DNA of 62,611 bases from Betaproteobacteria bacterium SG8_39 (GCA_001303445.1 LJTQ01000001.1:1-62611), one strand, 5' to 3'; positions 1 to 10,069 are shown, counted from the first letter of the stretch. Numbers and translations are program-made. The notes: a model not told the origin generated them from the sequence alone.

Positions 1-380
1 CGGGCCCGTTCGACCAGGCGGGCCTCGATCGCGCGTCCTGCGGCTCCGGTCTCGCCGAAGCCGTCGGTAAAGATGGTCACCACCGGCACGCCGCGCGCGA
101 AGCATTCGTCGCAGGCCGCGGGAACGTCCGCCGGCGGCACCATGATGAACGCTTGGTCGATCTCCCCCGGCGCTTCGGCGAGGCTGGGATAGGCCGCGAC
201 GCCGAGCACTTCGCGCCGGCTGCGGTTGATCGGCGCCACCAGTCCGGTGTAACCGTGCTTGCGCAGGTAGCGTTGCGGGCGGGCGGTGTTCTTCGCCGCG
301 TCTCCCGAGGCGCCGTAGAGCGCGATGCCGCGGGGCGCGAACAGCGCGCGAAACAGCGCTTCGCGCGACGCAGCGCTCAC
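1..380 (-). CDS. ADP-forming acyl-CoA synthetase family protein, N-terminal CoA-binding domain (partial, runs off window start)
   Basis: Own translation of the minus strand from GTG at 380: VSAASREALFRALFAPRGIALYGASGDAAKNTARPQRYLRKHGYTGLVAPINRSRREVLGVAAYPSL...VVTIFTDGFGE. This is typical of the CoA-binding domain of NDP-forming acyl-CoA synthetases. The GTG overlaps the stop of the upstream acyl-CoA dehydrogenase gene (GTGA at 377-380). Confidence 0.6.
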   Translation of the reverse strand, partial: MSAASREALFRALFAPRGIALYGASGDAAKNTARPQRYLRKHGYTGLVAPINRSRREVLGVAAYPSLAEAPGEIDQAFIMVPPADVPAACDECFARGVPVVTIFTDGFGETGAAGRAIEARLVERA

Positions 381-1546
381 GCCGGCCTGCGCCCTTCACG
401 CTCCGGGCGCTGCGAGAAGCTGCGCCCGAAAATGCCCTCGGCGATGCGGTTCTTCATCATTTCGATCGACCCGCCGGCGATCATCCAGCCGCGGCAGCGG
501 CGCAGGCAGTACTCGACGAGCACTTCCTGGCTGTAGCCCGTGCCACCCATCACCTGCAGCGCGTCGTTGGCGACCTCAAAGCCGGCCTGGTTACAGAACG
601 CCTTGGCGATCGCGGTCTCCTGCGCCGAGGGGAAGCCTTGGTCGGCGTTCGCCGCAGCACGGTAGAGCAGCAGCTCGCCGGCATCGAGCTTCATCTTCAT
701 GTCCGCGAACTTCCACTGCAGCCCCTGAAACTCGGCAAGCGGGCGGCCGAATTGCTGCCGAGTAAGCGCCCACCCACGAGCTGCTTCGAAGCAATACCGG
801 CCGAGCGCCAGCGAGCGCGCGGTGTTGCCGATCCGCTCGATATTGAAGCCGGCAATCTGCTTCTTGAAGCCTCCCGGACCGAGCAACACGTTCTCGGGCG
901 GCACGTACACGTTCTCGAAGTAGATCTGTACCCATTCTTCGCCGGACATGAAGCTCGAGTGCTTGCCGAAGGACACCCCGTCCCAGCCGGGTTCGATCAG
1001 CATCGAACCGATGCCGCCGACGCCCGGGCCGTAGCGCACGTAGGCGAGGATCACCGAAGCGTAGGGGCCGTGCGTCGAGAACACCTTGCTGCCGGACACG
1101 CGGAAGCCATCGCCGTCGGGGGTCGCCGTGGTCTTCAGGTCGGTGACCGCCGAGCCCGCCTCGGGCTCGCTCATGCCGAGGCAGACCACGGTCTCGCCGG
1201 CGAGGATCGGCGCCAGGTACTTCGCTTTCTGTTCCGCACTGGCGAATTCAGCCAGCACCCGCACGGGGCCAAAGTTGCCCGCTTGGATCACGTCGGCGCT
1301 CCTCGGGCAGACCGCCGCGACCGCCTCGATCGCAATGACCGCATCCGTCAGGCTGCCGCCCTGACCGCCGTCGGCTTCCGGCATGGTGATGCCGAGCAGG
1401 CCCTGCTTTGCCATCAAGCGCGCGACGTCAAAGGGGTGCGCGGGGTCGTGCGCCCGGGCGACCGCGCCGGCGGCGAGATGCTTCTGCGCGAATCCGCGCA
1501 CGCTGTCGGCGAACAGGCGTTGCTCCTCGGTGAGCCTGAAATCCAT
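377..1546 (-). CDS. acyl-CoA dehydrogenase
   Basis: 389-aa ORF. N-terminus MDFRLTEEQRLFADSVRGFAQKHL, internal GMSEPEAGS and C-terminal QVMGGTGYS...IAGGSIEMMKNRIAE are the classic ACAD signatures. Confidence 0.9.
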   Translation of the reverse strand: MDFRLTEEQRLFADSVRGFAQKHLAAGAVARAHDPAHPFDVARLMAKQGLLGITMPEADGGQGGSLTDAVIAIEAVAAVCPRSADVIQAGNFGPVRVLAEFASAEQKAKYLAPILAGETVVCLGMSEPEAGSAVTDLKTTATPDGDGFRVSGSKVFSTHGPYASVILAYVRYGPGVGGIGSMLIEPGWDGVSFGKHSSFMSGEEWVQIYFENVYVPPENVLLGPGGFKKQIAGFNIERIGNTARSLALGRYCFEAARGWALTRQQFGRPLAEFQGLQWKFADMKMKLDAGELLLYRAAANADQGFPSAQETAIAKAFCNQAGFEVANDALQVMGGTGYSQEVLVEYCLRRCRGWMIAGGSIEMMKNRIAEGIFGRSFSQRPEREGRRPA

Positions 1547-1555
1547 CGCGCTGTC

Positions 1556-2341
1556 CTATCGGCCGCTGAACTGCGGCTTGCGCTTGGCGAGGAACGCGGC
1601 CACGCCCTCGCGGTAATCCTCGGTGTCGAAGCAGGCGTAGCCCTCGTCGCGCTCGGCCGGCGTGAGTGGGCGCGGGTCCTGCAGGCGACGGATGAATTTC
1701 TTGTGCCAGCGCGCGACCAGCGGCGCGCCTTCGGCGATGCGGCGCGAGGTGGCGTAGGCCTCCTCTTCGATGCGGTCGTCCGCCACCACCCGATTGACCA
1801 GGCCCTTTTCGTAGGCCTCGCGCGCGCCCCAGATGCGTCCTTCAAGCAGGATCTCGAGCGATGCCGCCGGCCCGATGACGCGCATCATGCCCTCCAGCTC
1901 GTCGTAGGACTCGGTGAGGCCGAGATTCTTCACCGGCACGCCGAAACGCGCGGCTTCGTTGCAGATCCTGAGGTCGCACTGCGAGGCGATCAGCAGCCCA
2001 CCGCCGACGCAGGCCCCCTGGATGAGCGCCAGGGTCGGGTGCCGGCACTCGGCGACGGCGTGCATCCAGCCGATGCCCTGCTCGCTGTAGGTCTTCGCCT
2101 GCGCGGCGTTTGCGCGCTCGGCATGGAACGCGGAAATGTCGGCCCCTGCGGCGAACGCCTTCCCGCCCGCGCCGCGCAGCACGATACAGCGCACTGCGTC
2201 GTCGGCGTCGAGCGCACGCATCGTTTCGCCCAGCCGGGACCACATCGCCTTCGACAGCGCGTTCAGCTTCTCGGGGTTGTTGAGGGTGACGGTGACGATC
2301 GCGCCGTCGCGCGCGATGAGGATCGGCTCGCTCATCGGCAC
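1556..2341 (-). CDS. enoyl-CoA hydratase/isomerase (crotonase) family protein
   Basis: 261-aa ORF with the crotonase pattern: IVTVTLNNPEKLNALS, VLRGAGGKAFAAGADISAF, GACVGGG. GTG start directly abuts the stop of the upstream aminotransferase gene. Confidence 0.88.
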   Translation of the reverse strand: MPMSEPILIARDGAIVTVTLNNPEKLNALSKAMWSRLGETMRALDADDAVRCIVLRGAGGKAFAAGADISAFHAERANAAQAKTYSEQGIGWMHAVAECRHPTLALIQGACVGGGLLIASQCDLRICNEAARFGVPVKNLGLTESYDELEGMMRVIGPAASLEILLEGRIWGAREAYEKGLVNRVVADDRIEEEAYATSRRIAEGAPLVARWHKKFIRRLQDPRPLTPAERDEGYACFDTEDYREGVAAFLAKRKPQFSGR

Positions 2342-3538
2342 TCAGGCCGCAGCGCGGCGGCCGCTGCGATGGCAGTCCGCGAGATACGCCATCGCCGCCT
2401 GAACGCCTTCCGCCTTGACCGGCACGCCGGCGAGCGCAAGGCCCATCTCGACGCCGGCGAGCGTGCCCATCAGCGCGAGGTCGTTGAAGTCGCCAAGGTG
2501 GCCGATGCGGAAGATCTTTCCGGCGAGCTTGCCCAGGCCGGTGCCGAGCGACATGTCGAAGGCCTCGAGGATGACCTTGCGTACGCGATCGGCATCGTGG
2601 CCAGCCGGCACGAGCACCGCGGTGAGCGAGCCTGAGGTCTCGCGCGGGTCGAGGGCGAGGACTTCCAGCCCCCAGGCCCGCACGGCGCGTCGCGTCGCTT
2701 CGGCGTGGCGCTGGTGGCGCGCGAACACGCTTTCGAGTCCTTCTTCTTCGAGCATGGCGATCGCTTCGCGCAGGCCATAGAGCAGGTTGGTCGCCGGGGT
2801 ATAGGGGAAGTAGCCCTTCGCGCCGTTGGCGAGCATCTCGTCCCAGGCCCAGTAGCTTTTCGGCAGCTTCGCGGTCTTCGCGGCCGCAAGCGCCTTCGCC
2901 GAGATGCAGTTGAACGACAGCCCCGGCGGCAGCATCAGCCCCTTCTGCGATCCCGCGACGGTGACGTCCACGCCCCATTCGTCGTGACGGTAGTCGATCG
3001 AGGCGAGCGAGGAGATGGTGTCCACCATGTAAAGCGCCGGGTGCCCTGCCGCGTCGATCGCCTTGCGAACGTCGGCGATGCGCGAGGTCACGCCGGTCGA
3101 GGTCTCGTTGTGCACCACACACACGGCCTTGATCCGCCGGCCGGCGTCGGCGCGCAGGCGCTTTTCGATCTCCGCCGGATCGGCGCCATGGCGCCAGTCG
3201 CCGGCGATGAACTCGATGTCGAGACCGAGGCGCGTGGCGAGCTTATGCCACAGCGCGGCGAACTGGCCGGTCTCGCACATCAGTACCCGGTCGCCTGCGG
3301 ACAGCGTGTTGACCAATGCCGCCTCCCAGGCACCGGTGCCGGAGGCGGGGTAAATGACCACCTCGCCCTGGGTCGACTTGAACACGCGTTTCATGCCCGC
3401 GAGGACGGCTTTGCCGAGCTCGGCGAACTCGGGGCCGCGATGGTCCATCGTGGGCATGTCGATCGCACGCAGCACGCGATCGGGCACGTTCGTCGGACCG
3501 GGAATCTGGAGGAAATGCCGGCCGGGGGTTCTCGCCAT
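2342..3538 (-). CDS. class V aminotransferase (serine-glyoxylate / alanine-glyoxylate aminotransferase family)
   Basis: 398-aa ORF. N-terminus GRHFLQIPGPTNVPDRVLRAIDMPTMDHRGPEF and GSQKGLMLPPGLSF (PLP-lysine motif) are diagnostic of the AGXT/SGAT family. Confidence 0.85.
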   Translation of the reverse strand: MARTPGRHFLQIPGPTNVPDRVLRAIDMPTMDHRGPEFAELGKAVLAGMKRVFKSTQGEVVIYPASGTGAWEAALVNTLSAGDRVLMCETGQFAALWHKLATRLGLDIEFIAGDWRHGADPAEIEKRLRADAGRRIKAVCVVHNETSTGVTSRIADVRKAIDAAGHPALYMVDTISSLASIDYRHDEWGVDVTVAGSQKGLMLPPGLSFNCISAKALAAAKTAKLPKSYWAWDEMLANGAKGYFPYTPATNLLYGLREAIAMLEEEGLESVFARHQRHAEATRRAVRAWGLEVLALDPRETSGSLTAVLVPAGHDADRVRKVILEAFDMSLGTGLGKLAGKIFRIGHLGDFNDLALMGTLAGVEMGLALAGVPVKAEGVQAAMAYLADCHRSGRRAAA

Positions 3539-3644
3539 GGGGATGCCTCGTAGAATGGGCTGTGGGCGCTAGGAAGGCGAATTATCGGCAGTCGCGGCGG
3601 GTTCGGGCAATTCACGTTCGCCCGACCGCTCCCTGCGGGGTGGC

Positions 3645-6571
3645 ATGAACGCGCCCCAGGCGCCGGTTCGACCGCTGCGCGGCACCCGGCGTGCGGGCGA
3701 TGCGGCGTTCGCCGCACGCTTGCGGCGCGAGGTCGACGGCGAGGTGCTGTTCGACGCGGCCAGCCGCGGCCGCTACTCGACCGACGCTTCGATCTATCAG
3801 ATCGAGCCGATCGGCGTGGTGGTACCGCGCAGCGAGGAGGCCGCGCGCACGGCGCTCGCCGTCGCGGCCGAGGCCGGCGTGCCGATCCTGCCGCGCGGCG
3901 CCGGGACCTCGCAGTGCGGGCAGACCGTCGGCGAAGCGCTGGTGATCGACAACGCGAAGCACCTCCACGCGCTGCTCGAGCTCGATGTCGACGCGGGCAC
4001 CGCGGTGGTGCAGCCCGGGCTGGTTCTCGACCGGCTCAACGCCGAGCTGCGCCGCCACCGGCTCTGGTACCCGGTGGATGTGTCGACTTCGGCGCAGGCC
4101 ACGCTCGGCGGCATGGCGGGCAACAATTCCTGCGGCTCGCGCTCCATTGCCTACGGCAACATGGTGCACAACGTGCTCGCGATCGACGCGGTGACAACGG
4201 GCGGCGAGCGCTGGCGCTTTGGCCCGATTCCGCAAACGCTCGATGCACGCGCCGGCCCGCCCGGCTATATCGAGCTGCTCGGCCGGCTGCGCGCGCTCTA
4301 TGAGCGTGAAAAGGACGAGATCGCCGCGCGCTTCCCCAAGGTGCTGCGTCGGGTCGCAGGCTACAACCTCGATCATCTGGGCCCGCCGCACGCCAACGCC
4401 GCGCACCTGTTGGTCGGCTCTGAGGGCACGCTGGCCTACTTCGAGCGCCTGCACCTTCGCTTGTCGACGATCCCGGCGCAGCGCGTGCTCGGCGTGGCGC
4501 ATTTCCCGCGCTTCTATGGCGCGATGGACAGTGCGCAGCACATCGTCAAGCTCGGCCCCTCTGCCGTCGAGCTCGTCGACCGCACCATGATCGAGCTGGC
4601 GCGTGCCAATGCCGCGTTTCGCGGGACGGTCGACGCATTCATCAAGGGCGAGCCGGACGCGATCCTGCTGGTCGAGTTTTCCGGCGACGATCGGGCCGAG
4701 CAGACCGCGAAACTGCGCCAGCTCGGCGAGCTGATGGGCGAACTCGGCCTTCCAGGCAGCGTCGTCGAGGTGACCGACAGCCGGCAGCAGAAGGCGATCT
4801 GGGAGGTGCGCAAGGCCGGCCTCAACATCATGATGTCGATGAAGGCAAGCCGGTGTCCTTCATCGAGGATTGTGCCGTGCCGCTCGAGCACCTTGCCGAG
4901 TACACCGAGCGGCTGACGCAGGTATTCGAAAAGCACGGCACGCGCGGCACCTGGTACGCGCATGCCTCGGTCGGCACGCTTCACGTGCGCCCGGTGCTCG
5001 ACATGCGGCGCGACGGTGCCGCAAAGATGCGCGCGATCGCCGAAGAAGCCTGCGCGATGGTGAAGGAATTCAAGGGCGCCTACTCGGGCGAGCACGGCGA
5101 CGGCCTGGTGCGCTCGGAGTGGATCGCGCCGTTCTTCGGCCCGCGCCTCACCGCCGCACTCGGCGAAATCAAGTCCTGGCTCGACCCGAAGGGGCTGATG
5201 AATCCCGGGAAGATCGTCGATCCGCCGCGCATGGACGACAAGGCACTGTTTCGCTTTGCGCCCGGCTACGCGACGCAGGCACCGCGAACGGTGCTCGACT
5301 GGTCCGAATGGGGTGGCTTCGACAAGGCCGTGGAGATGTGCAACAACAACGGCCACTGCCGCAAGTTCGATGCCGGCACGATGTGCCCGTCGTACCGCGC
5401 GACCGGCGACGAGGCGCATCTGACGCGCGGGCGCGCGAACACGCTGCGCCTGGCGTTGTCGGGACAGCTGGGGCAAATGGGGTCAGACCCCGAAGACGCG
5501 AGCTTCCCCGCACTCGATGAGGTCAAGGCCGCGCTTGATCTTTGCGTTTCCTGCAAGGGCTGCAAGCGCGAATGCCCGACGGGCATCGACATGGCGCGCA
5601 TGAAGGTCGAGTTCATGGCGCATTACCGCAAGCAGCGCGCGTTGTCCCTGCGCGACCGGCTGATTGCCTACCTGCCGCGCTATGCGCGACTGGCGTCGGC
5701 CATGGCGCCGCTCGCCAACCTGGCGCAGGACCTGGGCAAGCGCATCGCGCGCTTCGCGCCCGAGCGCAGGCCGCCGCGCTTTCGGCGCGACGTCGTCGGG
5801 CGCGATGAATCGGCGGCGGGACCGGCGTCGGAGGGCCGCGACGTGGTGCTCTTCGTCGACACCTTCAATCGGTACTTCGAACCGGAAAACACGCGCGCCG
5901 CGATTCGCGTACTCCAGGCGGCCGGCTGCAACGTGCATCTCGCCGAGCCGGCGGGCGGCGGGCGCCCGTTGTGCTGCGGGCGCACCTTCCTCGCCACGGG
6001 CCTCGTCGACCAGGCCCGTAGCGAGGCGACGCGCACGCTCGAGGCGCTTACGCCCTGGGTCGAGCGCGGCGTGCCGATCGTTGGTCTGGAACCGTCGTGC
6101 CTGTTCGGCCTGCGCGACGAGTTCCCCGCGCTGCTGCCGGGCGCGCGCAGCACGGCGCTCGCTTCGAGCGCGCTGCTGTTCGAGGAGTACCTCGTGCGCG
6201 AGGCCGACGCGGGGCGGCTACGGCTCGCTCTGCGGCCGCTGGCGGCCGACGTCCTGCTGCATGGCCATTGTCACCAGAAGGCCTTCGGCGCGATGGGCGC
6301 GGTGGAAGGCGCCCTGCGGCTGGTGCCACAGCTCAAGCTGTCGACGGTCGAGTCGAGCTGTTGCGGAATGGCCGGCAGCTTCGGATATGAGGCCGAGCAT
6401 TACGCGGTCTCGATGAAAATGGCCGAGGCGGCGCTGCTGCCCGCAGTACGCCGCGCGCCGGCGGATACGATCGTGGTCGCCGACGGCACGAGTTGTCGCC
6501 ACCAGATCGCCGACGGCGCGGACCGCGCCGCGCTGCACGTTGCGCGAGTGCTCGAACAAGCGCTCGCTTAA
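3645..6571 (+). pseudogene. FAD-linked oxidase (GlcD-like) fused to Fe-S/CCG domain (GlpC/GlcF-like) oxidoreductase, reading frame interrupted near 4845
   Basis: ORF 3645-4916 gives the FAD-binding PCMH-type N-half (RYSTDASIYQIEPIGVVVP, LPRGAGTSQCGQ). ORF 4853-6571, in another frame, continues the same protein (..KPVSFIEDCAVPLEHLAEY.., CVSCKGCKRECP, CCGMAGSFG). The frames switch between ..NIMMSMK (ending at 4844) and KPVSF.. (from 4847). Its stop shares the tetranucleotide TTAA (6568-6571) with the convergent lgt stop. Confidence 0.8.
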
Positions 6572-7365
6572 TTCGCGCCGGCGCGCTTCGCGCTCCAGGC
6601 AAACAGCGCGAGGCCCGCGAGGATCATCGGCAGGCTCAGCCACTGGCCCATCGTCATGCCGAATGCAAGGATGCCGAGAAATGCGTCGGGCTCGCGCGCG
6701 AACTCGGCGGCGAAGCGAAAACTCCCGTAGCCGAGCAGAAAGAGCGCGGAGACCTGCGCCCGCGGACGCGGCTTGGATGAGAACCACCACAGCAGCGCGA
6801 ACAAGGCGACGCCTTCGAGCGCGAACTGGTACAGCTGGGAAGGGTGTCGCGGTGCGTCCCCGGCGCCTCTGAACACCATGCCCCAGGGCAGGTCGGTGAC
6901 ACGACCATAAAGCTCGCCATTGATGAAGTTGCCCATGCGTCCTGCAGCGAGGCCGAGCGGAACCAGCGGCGCGACGAAGTCCATCAGCCGCCACCAGTCG
7001 ATCCCGTGCCGGCGCGCAAGCAGCCACATTGCGATCAGCACGCCGAGAAATCCGCCGTGAAACGACATCCCGCCCTGCCAGATGGCGAAGATCTCGAGCG
7101 GATGGCTGGCGTAGTACGCAGGCTTGTAGAACAGGACGTAGCCCAGGCGACCGCCGAGAATGACGCCGAGCACGCTGAAGAACAGCAGATCATCGAACTG
7201 TCCGCGCGTCACCGCAGCGGGACGCTCAGGCGGCGCCTTGGCAATGCGCCGCAGGCCGAGCCACCAGCCGGCGCCGAAGCCGGCGAGATACATCAGGCCA
7301 TACCAGCGTATTGCCAGCGGGCCAATCGAAATGGCAATGGGATCGATTTCGGGATGAACGAGCAT
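6568..7365 (-). CDS. lgt: prolipoprotein diacylglyceryl transferase
   Basis: 265-aa polytopic membrane [43 protein letters not shown] and [14 protein letters not shown] are Lgt signature blocks. Confidence 0.92.
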   Translation of the reverse strand: MLVHPEIDPIAISIGPLAIRWYGLMYLAGFGAGWWLGLRRIAKAPPERPAAVTRGQFDDLLFFSVLGVILGGRLGYVLFYKPAYYASHPLEIFAIWQGGMSFHGGFLGVLIAMWLLARRHGIDWWRLMDFVAPLVPLGLAAGRMGNFINGELYGRVTDLPWGMVFRGAGDAPRHPSQLYQFALEGVALFALLWWFSSKPRPRAQVSALFLLGYGSFRFAAEFAREPDAFLGILAFGMTMGQWLSLPMILAGLALFAWSAKRAGAN

Positions 7366-7401
7366 GGCGGCGCCGGACGCGCCGCGATTCTAACGCTGCG
7401 C

Positions 7402-8019
7402 TCAGTTCAGGCCGAGCTGGCGTGCGCGCATCACCGCCTGTACGCGGTTGTGCACGTTGAGCTCGGCGTAGATGCCGGCAATGTGAACCTTGATGGTGTT
7501 CTCGGACAGGCCGAGCCGTGAGGCGATGGTCTTGTTGGGCAGGCCTTCGAGCAGCAGCCGAAGCACGTCGAGCTTGCGCGGCGAAAGCGGTGTCGCGGGC
7601 AGCGTGGGCGGAAGGGCCACGCCGGTGAGCTCGGGGATGTGGGTGCCGCCGGACAGCACCGTACGCACCGCGCTGACCAGCACGTGCGGGGATTCGCCTT
7701 TGACGACGAAACCGCGGGCGTTGTTTTCGAATGCCGCGGTCACGGTTTCGATGCTCGAGTCGCTCGTCAGGATGATGACCGGTATGTCCGGGAAATCTTC
7801 GCGCAGGGTGAGCAGCCCGTTCATGCCCTGCGAGTCGGACAGGCCGAGATCGAGCACCACCAGCTGGTAGCCGCCAGGCGTGCGCAACTTCGTGCGCGCG
7901 TCGCTCAAGCACGACGCCTGATCGACCACCGACGCGACGCCGGAGCCCGAGAGAATTCCCTGCACAGCCGCGATGATGAGCGGGTGGTCGTCGACCACCA
8001 AGATGCGCGCGCCACTCAT
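7402..8019 (-). CDS. NarL/FixJ (LuxR-type HTH) response regulator, no cognate kinase adjacent
   Basis: 205 aa. Receiver (ILVVDDHPLI, LVVLDLGLSDSQG) plus C-terminal LuxR HTH (LSPRKLDVLRLLLEGLPNKTIASRLGLSENTIKVHIAGIY). Confidence 0.88.
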   Translation of the reverse strand: MSGARILVVDDHPLIIAAVQGILSGSGVASVVDQASCLSDARTKLRTPGGYQLVVLDLGLSDSQGMNGLLTLREDFPDIPVIILTSDSSIETVTAAFENNARGFVVKGESPHVLVSAVRTVLSGGTHIPELTGVALPPTLPATPLSPRKLDVLRLLLEGLPNKTIASRLGLSENTIKVHIAGIYAELNVHNRVQAVMRARQLGLN

Positions 8020-8295
8020 GCGCGCGCACCCCTTTTTGCTGCGTGTCGCTCACGCGGCGCCATCTAGTGACCCTCCCCCGAACCCAGCTGTCGTTACTAA
8101 ATCACCTGAACAGACTAGGAGCATCACCCAGAAGTACTAGTCTTGACCAGATTCTCTGGGGACGCACCGTGCGCGAGGCCCCTTTTATCCCCTCGTACCG
8201 GGAGGGCAGGAGTCCCCAAGGGCGGCTCGGCTAAAATCGGCATCCCCGCCACCGTGGACGGCATCGGCGGGCGCTTTATCACTTGGAGATTTCGT

Positions 8296-9975
8296 ATGGC
8301 AGACAATCGCCGCAGCCGCCTGATTACCCAGGGCGTCGCGCGCTCGCCCAACCGCGCGATGCTGCGCGCGGTCGGATTCACAAACGGTGATTTCGACAAG
8401 CCCATCGTCGGTGTCGCCAATGGCCATTCCACGATGAATCCGTGCAACGCGGGGATCCAGCCGCTGGTTGACCGGGCAATGGTGGCGCTGGAGGCGGCCG
8501 GGGCCAAGCCGCAGGTTTTCGGCGTGCCCACGGTCACCGACGGCATCGGCATGGGGACTGAGGCGATGAAGTATTCGCTGGTCTCGCGCGAAGTGATCGC
8601 CGACGCGATCGAAACGTCGGTCAACGGCCAGGCCATGGACGGGGCCCTGGTGGTTGGAGGCTGCGACAAGAACATGCCCGGCGGCATGATGGCCATCGCG
8701 CGAATGAACGTGCCGGCAATCTACGTCTACGCCGGGACCATCAAGCCGGGGCGGTGGAAGGGTCAGGACCTGACCATCGTTTCTGCCTTCGAGGCGGTTG
8801 GCGCCTATACCGCGGGCAAGATGAGCGACGAGGATTTCATCGGCATCGAGAAGAATGCCTGCCCCACGGTCGGCGCCTGCGGCGGGATGTACACCGCGAA
8901 CACGATGTCATCCTCCTTTGAAGCGCTCGGCATGAGCCTGCTCGGCTCTTCGCAGCTGGCCTCGCCCGATGCGGAAAAGGCGGATTCTGCCGACGAGTCC
9001 GCGCGCGCGCTCGTGCAGGCGATTCACAACAACCTGAAGCCGCGCGACATCATTACGCGCAAGTCGATCGAAAATGCGATCGCGCTGGTTATGGCGACCG
9101 GAGGCTCGACGAACGCCGTGCTGCATTACCTGGCGATTGCGGCGGCGGCCGGGGTGCGCTGGACGATCGATGACTTCGAGCGCATGCGCAAGAAGGTTCC
9201 GGTGCTTTGCGACCTGAAGCCCTCCGGCCGGTTCGTCGCGGTCGATTTCCATCGCGCCGGCGGCGTGCCGCAGGTCCTCAAGATCCTGCTCAATCACGGC
9301 GTGCTGCACGGCGAGTGCATGACCATCCACGGCAAGACGATGGCCGAAATGCTGAAAGCCGTGCCGAACGAGCCGCGCGCTGACCAGGAGGTCATCCGCC
9401 CCTGGTCCAAGCCGATGTACGCGCAGGGCCACCTCGCGATTCTCAAGGGCAATCTCGCCACCGAAGGTTGCGTGGCGAAGATCACCGGCCTGAAAGAACT
9501 GTCGATCACCGGCCCCGCGCGCGTGTTCGATTCAGAGACCGCGTGCATGAAGGCGATCATGGCCAAGCGCATCAAGGCCGGCGACGTGCTCGTCATCCGC
9601 TACGAAGGGCCGAAAGGCGGGCCGGGCATGCAGGAGATGCTCGCGCCGACCTCTGCGCTCATCGGCCAGGGGCTCGGCGACTCGGTTGGCCTGCTGACCG
9701 ATGGACGTTTCTCGGGCGGGACCTGGGGCATGGTGGTCGGTCACGTCGCGCCCGAAGCCTACGTCGGCGGCACCATCGCGCTGGTGAAGGAAGGCGACTC
9801 GATCACCATCGACGCGAAAAAGCGCCTCGTCCAGCTCAACGTTTCGGCCAAGGAGCTTGCGGCGCGCAAGAAGAAGTGGAAGCAACCCAAGCCGCGTTAC
9901 ACCAAGGGACTGCTCGCCAAGTACATGCGGCTCGTATCGACCGCGTCGAAAGGCGCGATCACCGACGGCGAATGA
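8296..9975 (+). CDS. ilvD: dihydroxy-acid dehydratase
   Basis: Track ORF 8143-9975. I place the start at ATG 8296 ([28 protein letters not shown]), the canonical IlvD N-terminus. CDKNMPG and later blocks are conserved. Confidence 0.95.
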   Translation: MADNRRSRLITQGVARSPNRAMLRAVGFTNGDFDKPIVGVANGHSTMNPCNAGIQPLVDRAMVALEAAGAKPQVFGVPTVTDGIGMGTEAMKYSLVSREVIADAIETSVNGQAMDGALVVGGCDKNMPGGMMAIARMNVPAIYVYAGTIKPGRWKGQDLTIVSAFEAVGAYTAGKMSDEDFIGIEKNACPTVGACGGMYTANTMSSSFEALGMSLLGSSQLASPDAEKADSADESARALVQAIHNNLKPRDIITRKSIENAIALVMATGGSTNAVLHYLAIAAAAGVRWTIDDFERMRKKVPVLCDLKPSGRFVAVDFHRAGGVPQVLKILLNHGVLHGECMTIHGKTMAEMLKAVPNEPRADQEVIRPWSKPMYAQGHLAILKGNLATEGCVAKITGLKELSITGPARVFDSETACMKAIMAKRIKAGDVLVIRYEGPKGGPGMQEMLAPTSALIGQGLGDSVGLLTDGRFSGGTWGMVVGHVAPEAYVGGTIALVKEGDSITIDAKKRLVQLNVSAKELAARKKKWKQPKPRYTKGLLAKYMRLVSTASKGAITDGE

Positions 9976-9988
9976 TCGGAGCGACCAT

Positions 9989-10069
9989 GGGGTCAGACCC
10001 CTGTGGATAAGTCGCGCAGCGGATCGCGTGGCGTTGTTGCTGGGGACTTATCCACAGGGGTCTGACCCC
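9989..10069. repeat. perfect 24-25-bp inverted repeat (REP-like hairpin) with a consensus DnaA box in each arm
   Basis: GGGGTCAGACCCCTGTGGATAAGT(C) at 9989-10013 is the exact reverse complement of (G)ACTTATCCACAGGGGTCTGACCCC at 10045-10069, with a 31-nt spacer. TGTGGATAA lies at 10002-10010 and TTATCCACA at 10048-10056. It sits between the convergent ilvD and DUF924 genes. Confidence 0.9.

Noticed and set aside
5479-5491. A third copy of the palindromic core GGGGTCAGACCCC inside the FAD/Fe-S oxidoreductase coding sequence (encodes ..MGSDP..).
   Set aside because: - It is in frame, lies in a variable linker, and lacks the adjacent TGTGGATAAGT part of the 9989-10069 repeat.
- A single 13-mer match could be chance or an old REP remnant.
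- It is not enough for a claim without genome-wide counts.
8143-8295. N-terminal extensions suggested by the ORF track: ilvD from 8143, hemB to 19668, engB to 20439, cytochrome c4 from 20327, dsbD from 15542, lysA to 27749, the NYN gene to 25072, pilQ from 33520, glmS from 57821, and the HMA-like gene from 51236.
   Set aside because: - The extensions are Arg/Pro-rich, overlap neighbouring genes or spacers, and precede well-known canonical N-termini or signal peptides.
- Internal ATG/GTG starts fit the families.
9989-10069. The two DnaA boxes as a chromosomal replication origin (oriC).
   Set aside because: - There are only two boxes, both inside one hairpin.
- There is no AT-rich unwinding element.
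- There are no dnaA/dnaN/gidA/parAB neighbours.
- The element sits between convergent 3' ends.
- It is kept only as a possible DnaA-binding or REP-like element.
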